From positions 1-64,000 of IMG/VR virus record IMGVR_UViG_2706795030_000004: 64,000 nt of DNA. One strand, 5' to 3'. The position numbers and the translations under genes were made by a program. The notes under the pieces are model-generated. The model did not search any database. It was given only the letters and a program-made list of their open reading frames with translations, and was not told where the DNA came from. How positions within the stretch are numbered: the stretch's first letter is position 1; each line of letters begins with the position of its first letter. This stretch comes from a virus (lineage: Duplodnaviria > Caudoviricetes). Shown here in pieces: positions 44,581-54,883 of the stretch.

Positions 44581-46689
44581 TTGACTGGGATAGGCCCATC
44601 GAGGCCGTGCCACGCGACGGCGGGCCGGCCTTTCGGGTCAAGATAGACCGCACCTATCACCATCGCCCGGACGCCGCCCCCGTCGAGTTTCCAACCAGCC
44701 CCTGGACCTCGGAAGTGCGCGGGGCGTGCACCCACTACGTCAACAACGACGGCACGCTCTTTGCCGCCGACGAGAAGACGCGATTCACTGTGAGGAATTC
44801 TCAATGACCACAATCGACCTCAACAACCTCACCCAAGCCCACGTCGACGAGGCCGCACCCCACATCGGCAAGTGCACCTATTCGGCGCCCTGCATCATCG
44901 GCGCAATGATGACTCCCGAGGAACGCGAGGCCGCGGATGAACCGCTGCGCGGCGGCCGCGACCCCTCGGTGATCAGCATGCTTGTTGCCGACCACCGAGT
45001 GCATCTCGCCGACCCGGACCAGCTCCAGGAGCTGTCAGACCTCCAGTACGCCTTCGACACGAGCAACACCACCGCGCTCACCCGTCTTCTCGCCAAAAGG
45101 GGACTCGCATGGCCGACGATCTGAGAGCGGACCTCCAAGCCATCCGCGACCTCCTCGCCGACCCCCAGCGCTGGACGCAGCACTACTGCGGTCGCACCAT
45201 CGAGGGCACACCCATTACCGTTCCCGCCCGCGAGGCTGTCTGCTTCTGCCTGATGGGCGCCATTTACCAGACGCAGGGGTCCGACTTCGGCGGGAACATA
45301 AACGAAATCGAGGACCACCTGAACGCGAGCCCGCTCCTCAACGGCGTCTCCTACGTCCGCTTCAACGACACCCACACCCACGCCGAAGTCCTCGCCCTGC
45401 TCGACGAGAGGATCGCTGCGCTATGAAGGTCATGGAACTCCGAGCCCTGCTCGCCGACATGCCCGGCGAGATGAACGTCTATCTCGTCAACGGCCACGGC
45501 GTTGCCGAGGCAAAGCACATCTTCAAGGCCAACCTCGTTGGCGTGGAACAGTTCTGCGAACTGCGCTCCTACTTCGAGGACCACACCCCGCAGTTCCTCG
45601 ACATGAAGATCGAGCGCCGCACCGGCTTCGCCAACCGCGACGAGCTGATCGAGGCCTACCTCAAGCTCAAGGAGAACGCCGGTGATTGAGCTCGGCAAAA
45701 CCTACCTGAACACCGAGGGCCAGAGCGTTCGCTACGTCATCTGCGCCCGCGTCGGCTCGCTCGACGACGACACGGGGCACGAACCCCTGCTCTTCTGGAA
45801 CAACGAGGACGGTTTCGGGGCTCTCGCTACCGCTACCGTATTCACCGAGGAAGAGGCTCAGAGCTACGCCCTGCCCATTGCTGATGATCAGCCGGAATGG
45901 GTCGAATTGCCGCCCTACGTCAAGGAACTCTGACATGCGCCAAGGCAACGTCTTTAGCCAGTGGGTCGATCGCGACCCCAACGGCGACATATTCCTTCGC
46001 CTCCCCCTCGAGCTCGTCCACGACTGGGAGGACGCCAAGCGCGTCATCTGGGTGGACAACAGGGACGGCAGCTACACGCTGACTCCGGCCAAGGAAATGG
46101 CCAATAGCTATGGCGAGGCGCTTCGCGAAACGCGCAAAATCGTAGTCAACCGCTGTTACGGCGGCTTCAGCCTCAGCCACGAGGGCATGCTCGCCTACGC
46201 CCGGCACAAGGGTCTGACCCTCTATCCCCGCCAAGGGAAATTCAGTCTGGTCAAATACTGGACCTACTGGCTGGTGCCGGAGCCGATCGAGGTCCCGGAC
46301 AACTGGGCAACTCTCCCGTTGGAAGAGCGTCAGCGCATCAATGCCGAGTTTTCGGCGGCACGCATCTCGGACACAGACCTCGACCGCGACGACCCGGCCC
46401 TCATCGCCGCCGTCGAGGAGCTCGGCACCGCGGCGAATGGCGAGTTCGCCCAGCTCGAAATCGTTGAGATCCCCGACGACGTTGAATGGGAGATCTGCGA
46501 ATACGACGGCGGCGAGTGGGTCGCCGAAAAGCATAGAACATGGTGATGCCTCCCCGCCCCCGCCCCGTCGTCGGCGAATACGACCCCAAACTCCAGCGCG
46601 TTCGCACCCACAGCGACGACTTCTACGACCACCGCAAGGCCGTGCTCGACCGCATTCGCCAAGCCCTTGCCGCGGAGAAACGCAAGTGA
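44577..46689 (+). other. Cluster of small coupled hypothetical ORFs
   Basis: 44577-44807, 44804-45124, 45109-45426 (DUF6197-like: WTQH...AVCFCLMGAI...FNDTHTHAEVLALLD), 45423-45689, 45682-45933, 45935-46546 (KIVVNRCYGGFSLS...EYDGGEWVAEKHRTW family), 46546-46689. Confidence 0.7.
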
Positions 46690-47006
46690 AACTCCTAACC
46701 GCGTCGCTGGTCAAAGCACTTCAAACGAACCAGACCGGCAAACCCCTCGTCAAATTCTTCAATCCCGTCGGCGCCGCAACGTGGCTCGTCTCCGAACTTG
46801 ACGAAGACGGCGACACCCTGTTCGGCCTCGCCGACCTGGGATTCGGCTGTCCCGAGCTCGGCTACATCAGCCTCCAGGAACTACAAGGCCTCCGCCTCCC
46901 CTTCGGCCTCGGCATCGAGCGAGACATTCACTTCTCAACCGATCTGACCATTACCGAATGGGCCGACAAGGCCCGCACGGCGGGATCTATCCTGCAAGTC
47001 GCATAG
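46686..47006 (+). CDS. DUF2958 family protein
   Basis: PLVKFFNPVGAATWLVSELDEDGDTLFGLADLGFGCPELGYISLQEL...GIERDIHF. Confidence 0.88.
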   Translation: MKLLTASLVKALQTNQTGKPLVKFFNPVGAATWLVSELDEDGDTLFGLADLGFGCPELGYISLQELQGLRLPFGLGIERDIHFSTDLTITEWADKARTAGSILQVA

Positions 47007-47012
47007 CGACTT
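46996..47012. promoter_or_regulatory. AAGTCGC-N3-GCGACTT box (perfect)
   Basis: AAGTCGCATAGCGACTT overlapping the DUF2958 stop; 65 nt before the ATG at 47061. Confidence 0.85.
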
Positions 47013-47060
47013 CCTCCGCAACACCTGTCCGTCCGCCCCAAATTCTGGGAGCCCCTGCAC

Positions 47061-47309
47061 ATGACCGCAGAAGAATTCCGCAAATCCAACGTCGACCTTC
47101 TCATCGCCAAAGGCGTCGAGCGGGACCAGGCCGAGCGCGTGCTCGATATCGCGATGCACTCAGCCACCGAGGCCTACGACTCCCTGACCCTCAATCTGAA
47201 CCGGCTCGAGCACAACGGCGAGTTCATCGTTGCGACGGGTCTCGCCTGCGAGATCCTCAAATTCCGCCTCGGCCTCGCAATCGAGAGCATCAAGGACTTA
47301 GTAGCATGA
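47061..47309 (+). CDS. Hypothetical protein
   Basis: 82 aa helical ORF with GGGAG RBS. Confidence 0.65.
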   Translation: MTAEEFRKSNVDLLIAKGVERDQAERVLDIAMHSATEAYDSLTLNLNRLEHNGEFIVATGLACEILKFRLGLAIESIKDLVA

Positions 47310-47788
47310 CCTTGAAATCCATCAACCGCAAGCGTCTCGACAAGCTCGCGACCTACCTCGAGAGCCTGCCGAAGTCCTACGAGCACTTCGACATGGACAG
47401 CTATCTCGTACCCGATCACGCGGCGGTGCAGACGGTCAAGGACTATGCCCTGCACAACGGCGGGGTCGCCTCGTGCGGAACCGTCGCCTGCGCAGTCGGC
47501 CACGGCCCTGCAGCAGGCATTTACGTCCCGCCCAAAATGATCTTCGACGACCACCGTGTCGACTGGAACAGCTACTCCTGTCTCTTCACGGGTGAATCCG
47601 GCGAGTTCGGCCCCCGCTGGTACTGGATGTTTGGCGGAGGTTGGGACGAGGTCGACAACCACCACTGGGGCGCCGCCGCGCGCATCCGCTACGTCCTAGC
47701 TGACAAGCCAATCCCCAAAGATTGCGACGAGCCCTGCCGGGGTCACCGCCAACTCTACCGCGAATTCGACAAAAGGTACGCCTCATGA
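47306..47788 (+). CDS. CGTxACxxGH-domain protein (copy 1)
   Basis: LDKLATYLESLP..YEHFDM...CGTVACAVGHGP...DNHHWGAAARIRYVL. Confidence 0.85.
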   Translation: MTLKSINRKRLDKLATYLESLPKSYEHFDMDSYLVPDHAAVQTVKDYALHNGGVASCGTVACAVGHGPAAGIYVPPKMIFDDHRVDWNSYSCLFTGESGEFGPRWYWMFGGGWDEVDNHHWGAAARIRYVLADKPIPKDCDEPCRGHRQLYREFDKRYAS

Positions 47789-48906
47789 CGATCACGATCG
47801 GCGACCTTATCGTTCTCCTTCGCAACTGCGACCCCGACGCCCTGATCGAGTTCGACTTCCCGGCGCGTCCCACGACCGTAGCCTCGTGGCGCGGCATCTA
47901 TGCCGAGCCGGCATTGGGCCACTCCAACATGCCCGATGCGCAGCCCACGGTCCGCGACCTGCACGACGAGCTCAAGAGCGCGATCGACGGCCGCACCTTC
48001 CAGGGCTGGAAAGGCGGTGACTATTCCTACACCGCCGCCGACACTCTCCACGTCGCCAACCCCGGCAACATCGGCCACCTCGTGGTCTCCGGCATCGCCG
48101 ACTGCGACCACTACGTCGTCATCAAAACCCAATTCCAGAAAGCTTGGTAATATGAGCAGTCTCGTCCGCCGCATCCAGCGGCAAGTCCTCCCTTCCAAGC
48201 CCGTCCATCCGAAGATCGACCTGAAAACTGGTAAGCTCCTCGGTTACATCACGATGCCGCCCCGCAAGGTCCACTACATGGGCCGCGGCAAGTGGCTCGG
48301 CCTTACGAACCCGAAGGCCAAGGATCTTCTGGCGCGTCAGCGCCGCGAGGAGAAAAGGCGTGCTCTGCCAACCACATAGGGGTCAGCACGCCCGCCGCAT
48401 CCAAAACCAGCAGAAGGTCCGCGTCCTCCGCCGTGCGAAGGAAGACGGCTACACCCTCGACCAACTCCAGCGCCTCGGCCGGTTCAAGCACCGCGAGAGC
48501 CTGATCAAGTTCATGGAAAGGAACGAAATATGACAGCGGCACTCGCAGCCAGCATTGCTGGCGGCTACATTCTCGGAGGCGCGCTCGCCGAAATCCTCGA
48601 CCACGGCTTCAGCCCCGTCCACCTCCTCGATCTGGCCTTCGGTCTTTTCGCAGTATTTGCCGGGATTGCGTACGCATAATTCCCCCTCACAAGTCACGGG
48701 CTCCGGGTCTCTTATTTAGACCCAAAACTATGGCCCATCATCCGATCACCGAACTTCTCCTCGCCGGTCAGTACGACCAGGCGAAAGCCCTTTTCATCAA
48801 ATCCTGCCGAACACGGCAACAAGCCTTCGCGCTTGGCTTCACTATTCTCGAGGAGCTCGACAATGCTCACCGATCTACAACGGCACAACCTATCGATCTT
48901 GGCTGA
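47785..48906 (+). other. Cluster of small hypothetical ORFs
   Basis: 47785-48150 (SWRGIY...FQGWKGGDY family), 48152-48379 (basic), about 48360-48533, 48530-48679 (TM), 48730-48906. Confidence 0.65.
48677..48686 (+). promoter_or_regulatory. TAATTC[AC]CCC box on the plus strand in the early region
   Basis: TAATTCCCCC 53 nt before the ATG at 48730; TAG at motif positions 41-43. Confidence 0.6.
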
Positions 48907-49621
48907 TTACCTGATTGAGCTGCCGGTCGATTACGCCCACTTCAACATGGATGTGTATAATTGTGACGATACGTCTTTCGATGGTATCTCCGTCCGTAAT
49001 CCTGATCATTGCGGCACCTCAGCCTGCGCCGTAGGCCATGTTCCTTACACGGGCATCAGCGGCTGGGAGGGGCAGGCGAATTGGAACGATGTGGCGGCAG
49101 ATCTTCTCGGTGCCCCCTTCTATTCCCCTGCGTACCGTTTTCTGTTCAGTGAGAGCAACGTCGACTGCCCCTGGGCGGCCGCCCTCCGCATCCGCCACTT
49201 CCTTGCCCACAACTCGACCGAAGGCTTCGCATATCCGCACGGCCTGACCCTCGAACAGTATCAGAACCTGCGCCGTCTCGCGGCCTATCTGATTGCGCTG
49301 CCCGAGGACTACGAAGAGTTCGACATGTCGTGGTGGACCGCGGACGGCCGTAGCCCGGGCGCGACCGAATGCGGAACCGTCGCCTGCGCCGGTGGTCATG
49401 GACCGATGGCAGGCATCCCATCGCTTCCGGGTGAGTATTGGGGCGACTACATTCCTCGTGTTTTCGGAAACAACACCAGATTGACCAACTATATGTTCAG
49501 CGCTTCGTGGAGCGAGATCGACAACACGCCCCAAGGCGCCGGCAAGCGCATCCTCTACGCCCTGCACAACGACCTTCCGACCGGGGATCGCCTCTATGAC
49601 ACGACAGTCTACGGCGGCTGA
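48863..49621 (+). CDS. Tandem CGTxACxxGH-domain protein (copies 2 and 3)
   Basis: CGTSACAVGHVP and CGTVACAGGHGP, each preceded by LA.YL..LP.DY..F.M. Confidence 0.85.
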   Translation: MLTDLQRHNLSILADYLIELPVDYAHFNMDVYNCDDTSFDGISVRNPDHCGTSACAVGHVPYTGISGWEGQANWNDVAADLLGAPFYSPAYRFLFSESNVDCPWAAALRIRHFLAHNSTEGFAYPHGLTLEQYQNLRRLAAYLIALPEDYEEFDMSWWTADGRSPGATECGTVACAGGHGPMAGIPSLPGEYWGDYIPRVFGNNTRLTNYMFSASWSEIDNTPQGAGKRILYALHNDLPTGDRLYDTTVYGG

Positions 49622-49758
49622 ACTCCGCCGCGCCTTTGCGCGCCACGACCGCCTGCAAACCCAGCTTCGCCAAAGCGAGGCGCACCTCCAAAACCTGAGG
49701 AACAAATACGCCGACGAGCAGGGCCTGCTTGTCCGGCCACGTCTGGAGACCCTGCGAA

Positions 49759-50676
49759 ATGCCATATAGAATCCGCTTCACCATCAAGAAGCCCTCCCGC
49801 GCCAAGCGCGGCGCGAAATATGCTTACGGGCAGGTTCGCTTCGGGCAGCTTTTCGTTGGGCAAGGCCCCAATATTGTCCGACCCCACCGCCCCGACGAAG
49901 CCACGGTCTTTGCGACTTACGAGGAAGCTGCAGCGGCTCTCGCCCACTGGATGGCCTACGACAATCGCGCAAACTGGGACCGCATGTGGATCAAGAACCC
50001 CATGATCGAGCGCGTCCATGAGTGATGCGTGGGACGAGGCGCGTGCAGCAGCAGAACGTGCAAAGAAATTTTATGCGCCGTTCAGGGCCGCAATGGAATC
50101 GGCAGCGCGTGCGGCAGACCCGAATTACGTCCCGTCAGGCGAGAACCGCGCGGCGGGGGAGGATGCGGTAAAGCGAGCAGAAGAATGGTTGCGCGCCATC
50201 TCCGATTGGCTTCTCGCCAACGATCACGATATGACGCTTCCGAGCGGCATCCTCGATACAGACCCGCTCGATATCGCAGATGATCTCGCCGCCCTCTCCG
50301 CCACCCCCGCACAGGAGGTTGATGAAACCGAGCGTGTCACCGTGCCGCGCGAACCCACCGAGGCGATGTATCTGGCCGCTTTCAGCAGTGACCTATGGGG
50401 AGGCAGGCAGCCAATCCGCCGCGTCGTGGACGAAATATGGGACGCCATGCTCCGCGCCGCCCTCGCTCAACCCAAGGGAGATCACTGATGACCTCTCAAT
50501 ATACCCAGACGATCAGCGAAGCCACTGGCGTCGCTGACCCCGAACTGCTGGCCGAGATCGAAGACGTTATGCGTCATGTGATCTTTCACTCGACGCTCGA
50601 TTGGCAGACCCGCGAGCAGCTCTCCCAGGCCGCCCGCGAAGCCCTTGAGGTGATAAAATGCACCGCGACAATCTGA
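49759..50676 (+). other. Three small hypothetical ORFs
   Basis: 49759-50025, 50018-50488, 50488-50676, with overlapping start/stop codons. Confidence 0.65.
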
Positions 50677-51086
50677 ACAAGCTGGCAGATTACCTGCTGG
50701 CCCTACCCCCCGACTACGACGACTTCGACATGGGGACCTTCTGCAGGATCCCCGGAACAGAGGTCGAGTATCTCCCCCAAGATTCGGTGCACTCCTGTGG
50801 CACGGTTGCCTGTGCGCTCGGCCACGGGCCGCGTGCCGGCATCAAACCCGAGTTAGACGAAGGATGGCGGGGCTACTGCCTTCGCCAATTTGGCCTGCGC
50901 TGGTGGTCGGAGGAAGCCGAATGGTGTTTCAGCGGCGAATGGGCGCTGGTTGATGATACGCCCCGAGGCGCAGGGCTTCGGATCAAATGGTTACTCGACG
51001 GTAAGCCCATCCCCGACGAGGACGAGCTCACCGCCATCACGTGCGGACCCGATCCGCTGCCCGAGAAATTCAACTATCTCGCATAG
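50658..51086 (+). CDS. CGTxACxxGH-domain protein (copy 4)
   Basis: LNKLADYLLALPPDYDDFDM...CGTVACALGHGP...FSGEWALVDDTPRGAGLRIKWLL. Confidence 0.85.
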   Translation: MHRDNLNKLADYLLALPPDYDDFDMGTFCRIPGTEVEYLPQDSVHSCGTVACALGHGPRAGIKPELDEGWRGYCLRQFGLRWWSEEAEWCFSGEWALVDDTPRGAGLRIKWLLDGKPIPDEDELTAITCGPDPLPEKFNYLA

Positions 51087-51092
51087 CGATTA
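51076..51092. promoter_or_regulatory. Degenerate AAGTCGC-N3-GCGACTT box
   Basis: ATCTCGC-ATA-GCGATTA over a stop codon, 64 nt before the ATG at 51140. Confidence 0.5.
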
Positions 51093-51139
51093 CCCCCAAA
51101 CGCCCTATCAAACGCTACCGTTTTAGGGACTCTCACCAC

Positions 51140-51445
51140 ATGAACATTATCGAACTCGCGGTCGAGGCGCTCGACCGCGCCATCCCCCTGTGCATCCTCT
51201 ATGAGGGTAAGCCGAAGACGATCGAAGTCCACGCTGTGGGCCTTTCGGTCAAGGACAACGCCCCCGTTATCCGGGGCTTTCAGATCGACGGCGAGGCAAG
51301 CCGTCCCCTACCCTGCTGGGCGCTCCTGCGCGTCGACAAGATCGAGGAGGCCGGCTTTGGCACCCCCACATCCGACGCCCCCCGCCCCGGCTACGTCCAA
51401 GGCGACAAGCAGATGTCCAAGATTATCAGGGAGATCGTGCTGTGA
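51140..51445 (+). CDS. Stand-alone WYL-domain protein
   Basis: CILYEGKPKTIEVHAVG...IRGFQIDG...WALLRVDKI...PRPGYVQGDKQM. Confidence 0.75.
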   Translation: MNIIELAVEALDRAIPLCILYEGKPKTIEVHAVGLSVKDNAPVIRGFQIDGEASRPLPCWALLRVDKIEEAGFGTPTSDAPRPGYVQGDKQMSKIIREIVL

Positions 51446-51804
51446 TCGACGCAACCGTGACCTACTCCCTCAGCCCAGGCATGCTCGCCGACCTGATGGT
51501 GACCGCCATTGAAGGCGGATGCGGCTACTGGGCTCACGAGCTCGAGCTCGTCAGCGGCACGGATCTGTTCGAGCCCCCCTACTACGCCGACCCCCGCTTC
51601 TACTGCTCGCCCTTCAAGCTCGCGCTGACGGATTGCGAGGGCGACGTTCACACGATCGACGCCGACACCCTCGCAAAGGGCTGGCGCCTCCTCAACGAAC
51701 TGTACCCGCGGCGGGCACTCGCCGTGGTCGATGAAACCTACGACGCGGAAGACGCCGACGTCTTCCTGCAGCTCGCCGTCTACGGTGAGATCGTTTACGG
51801 ATAA
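51442..51804 (+). CDS. Conserved phage hypothetical protein
   Basis: LMVTAIEGGCGYWA...YDAEDADVFLQLAVYGEIVYG pattern. Confidence 0.7.
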   Translation: MIDATVTYSLSPGMLADLMVTAIEGGCGYWAHELELVSGTDLFEPPYYADPRFYCSPFKLALTDCEGDVHTIDADTLAKGWRLLNELYPRRALAVVDETYDAEDADVFLQLAVYGEIVYG

Positions 51805-51815
51805 GGAATTTCAAC

Positions 51816-53786
51816 ATGTTGCTTCAGCATGAGGCACGCAACGTCACGCCCTCGGGCGTGATGGAGACAGCGCGTGCCACCGTCAAAGCCACGGCGAAGG
51901 TCTTCGACATGTTCGCCACCCAGATCTACGCGGACAAATATACGGCGATTGTGCGCGAGCTCGTCGCCAACGGCATCGACGCCCACACCGCGGCGGGCAA
52001 GATCGAGACCCCGGTCACGGTCTGGCTTCCCGACGAGTTCGATCCCTATCTCCGTGTCACCGATAGCGGGATAGGCATGAGCCACGAGTTCATGATGACG
52101 TCGTACATGGCCTACACCGATGGCTCGACCAAGGACCAGTCGAACGACCAAATCGGGGGCTGGGGGATCGGCTCAAAGGCGCCCTTCTCCTACACCGACC
52201 AGTACGTCGTCGTCTCCACGCACGACGGCATCTGCTCGGTCTATTCGGTGTACAAGGACGAGGACAGCATCCCGGCGATCGCGCTCTTGTCCCAGGAGCC
52301 GACCAGCGCCCCCAACGGTGTCGAGGTCAGCTTCCCAGTCGAAGTCAGCGATTTCGGAGCTTTTCGCGAAGCCGCGGAAAAGGTGCTCCCCTTCTTCACT
52401 CCGTTCCCAAAAGTGACCAATTATTCGATAGAACCGGTCAGATATGACCAGTTCGGCGACGGCTGGGGCATTATCAATAAGACACGCACTTTCCACGTCG
52501 TCATGGGCGGCGTGCGCTACCCCGTGGAAGTGACGAAGCTGCCCTACGAGCTCCGGTCTAACAATCGGCTCAATCCCTTCTTCTATTGCGGTCTCGATCT
52601 TTATGTCCCGATCGGATCGGTCAGCATCACGCCGTCGCGCGAGACGCTGCTCTACAGCGATCTCACCAACCAGACGATCGCCGACAAGCTTGAAGAGATC
52701 ATCGACGAGGTCGTCGCCTCGATCCCGACGATGTTCGACAAGGAACCCTCGCTCTGGGCGGCGACGATCGCCATGCATGAAGAAATCGGCGGCGAATATC
52801 ATATCGGCCGCGGCAAGCTCGTGACCCAGTACGCGCGCTGGCGCGGCCAGGAGATCAAGCAGTATTTGACTCCCCCGGTGATGTCGGGCGTCGAAGCGTG
52901 GAAGTTCGAGCTCTCACGTCGCGCTCACAAGGTTCCACCCGCGCGTTGGGAAAGCCACCTCAGCGTCACGCCGTACCGCATCAAGTACGTCATCTATGAC
53001 GATCTCGAGCCGAGCTCGAAGAACGCTAACATCGCTCGCATCCGTCATTGGGCCGAGAGTAACCTCTACAGCGGCCAGGAAGTTCTCGTCCTTCGTGGCG
53101 AGAAAGCACTCGAAGCCTATGGCAATCCGCAGGACGTCATCCTGACTTCGGATCTGCCGAAGCCCGAGCGGGCCAGATATGCGAGTGCGCAGCGCACTGA
53201 CGCCCGTGTTTTCCAATACCGCCAAATCACGAAATGGGGCGCTAAGTGGCGGGATCACATGGAGGAAATTGTTATGCCTCATGACGGCATTGTCGTTGTG
53301 ATGGAGAATTTCGGGATCCCTTACTCGCTTCAGGAACAGATCCTGTCGGGCCTCATTCCGCTCGATGAGATCTATTTCGTGAACAAGGGCGATGCCAAGG
53401 CCGTGAAGCATTTCACGCCCTTCGAGAAAGCTTACAAAACCGCATTTGCTCGAAAGCTTTCCGAATACCCGACCCTGCCGCAGGCGAAGGCCCTGCTCAA
53501 CGACGAGCACTTGCGACCCCTCCTGCGATATGTCGATCGGCTCCCGCGGGCGCCGAAGCCGAACACGCCGCTTGGCAAGATTTTTGCCTTGCACGAGCAA
53601 TACATCAAACCCGCGAAGGGCGCCCCTGCCGTTCTGCAGGACGCCGTCACTCCCAAGTTGCCGCCTCGCCTCAATACTGAGCGGCTCGCCAACGCATTCA
53701 ACACCAAGCAGTGGCGGGCGAAAGCCCTCCTCGAAGCAAATTATCTGAGCGAGCCGCTGAAGCAGCTCCTCAAGGAGTTCATCTGA
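51816..53786 (+). CDS. rIIA: rIIA-like protein (GHKL ATPase)
   Basis: IYADKYTAIVRELVANGIDAH, VTDSGIGMS, STKDQSNDQIGGWGIGSKAPFSY. Confidence 0.9.
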   Translation: MLLQHEARNVTPSGVMETARATVKATAKVFDMFATQIYADKYTAIVRELVANGIDAHTAAGKIETPVTVWLPDEFDPYLRVTDSGIGMSHEFMMTSYMAYTDGSTKDQSNDQIGGWGIGSKAPFSYTDQYVVVSTHDGICSVYSVYKDEDSIPAIALLSQEPTSAPNGVEVSFPVEVSDFGAFREAAEKVLPFFTPFPKVTNYSIEPVRYDQFGDGWGIINKTRTFHVVMGGVRYPVEVTKLPYELRSNNRLNPFFYCGLDLYVPIGSVSITPSRETLLYSDLTNQTIADKLEEIIDEVVASIPTMFDKEPSLWAATIAMHEEIGGEYHIGRGKLVTQYARWRGQEIKQYLTPPVMSGVEAWKFELSRRAHKVPPARWESHLSVTPYRIKYVIYDDLEPSSKNANIARIRHWAESNLYSGQEVLVLRGEKALEAYGNPQDVILTSDLPKPERARYASAQRTDARVFQYRQITKWGAKWRDHMEEIVMPHDGIVVVMENFGIPYSLQEQILSGLIPLDEIYFVNKGDAKAVKHFTPFEKAYKTAFARKLSEYPTLPQAKALLNDEHLRPLLRYVDRLPRAPKPNTPLGKIFALHEQYIKPAKGAPAVLQDAVTPKLPPRLNTERLANAFNTKQWRAKALLEANYLSEPLKQLLKEFI

Positions 53787-54883
53787 TGATCCCCTATATC
53801 ATGACCGACCAGAGCATCACCCTGATGCTCGGGTCCAAACCCGTTGTCGTTCCTTCGTCGCACGCCCAGTTCGAGAAGGTCCGCGAGGCCCTTCGCGATG
53901 GCGTTGACGATGTCGAATTCTATCGAGGTCTCGTCGATATCAAGGAAGCCGTGGTCCGGTACATGCAGGGCTATGTCCGCATTGAGGATGGCGTCCTGAC
54001 ATATCAGGATCGCCCGGTCGACACCTACCTCACCCGCAAGATCCTCGCTTTCCTGAAGAGTGGCGAGGACGGTCTTGTTGCCCCGCTCGTCGCCTTTCTG
54101 GAGCGTTTGCAGGGTAATCCATCTTATCGGGCTCAGCAGCAGCTTTACCAGTGGATCGAGAAGGCCAATCTGCCGATCACCCCTGATGGCTTTATCCTCG
54201 CCTTCAAGCGAGTGAAGAAAGACTATTGGGATCACAGGACCGGCAGCACCTTTTTTCACAAGGTTGGCGCCGTTCTCGAGATGCCGCGGGGCGAGTGCGA
54301 CGAGGACCCTGACCGCACCTGCTCCTCCGGCATTCACTTCTGCTCGATCGAGTATCTGAAGAAAGGCCCTGTCGGCTCCAGCGACGACCCGGTGATGATC
54401 GTGAAGATCGACCCCGCTGACGTCACGGCCATCCCGCGTGACTACAACGACACCAAGGGCCGGTGCTGCCGGATGGAAATCATCGATGAGACGTCGCCCA
54501 TCGAGATCGACGAGTATTTCGGCACCACCACCGTCTTCTACGGTACGGAAGAGACCAAGACGTTCCGCTACTGGCCGGGCCAGACTTGGGAGACGGGCGA
54601 CGGCACCGAGGTTCAGCTCCTCCCAGGCACAACCGAGGACAAGGCGGTCTATCAGATCGGTGGCAACCTCGTGACGGCGGGTGCAGACGGCGTTTGCGAC
54701 GCCTACGAGGACGACTGGGATCTCGTCGAGTGCCTCGACTGGATCGACCCCTATGAGATCGCCGACGCCCATCCCCACGAACCGACGACGCCGCTGGGCT
54801 GGGTCCTTGTTGGCCCTGACAAGCGCGGCTTCTTCCTGAGCACTGGCGAGCACGTCCATGGCGAACTCCCGCCGCTCTCGTAA
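53786..54883 (+). CDS. rIIB: rIIB-like protein
   Basis: LPITPDGFILAFKRV...EMPRGECDEDPDRTCSSGIHFCS...VKIDPADVTAIPRDYN..KGRCC; directly after rIIA. Confidence 0.9.
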   Translation: MIPYIMTDQSITLMLGSKPVVVPSSHAQFEKVREALRDGVDDVEFYRGLVDIKEAVVRYMQGYVRIEDGVLTYQDRPVDTYLTRKILAFLKSGEDGLVAPLVAFLERLQGNPSYRAQQQLYQWIEKANLPITPDGFILAFKRVKKDYWDHRTGSTFFHKVGAVLEMPRGECDEDPDRTCSSGIHFCSIEYLKKGPVGSSDDPVMIVKIDPADVTAIPRDYNDTKGRCCRMEIIDETSPIEIDEYFGTTTVFYGTEETKTFRYWPGQTWETGDGTEVQLLPGTTEDKAVYQIGGNLVTAGADGVCDAYEDDWDLVECLDWIDPYEIADAHPHEPTTPLGWVLVGPDKRGFFLSTGEHVHGELPPLS

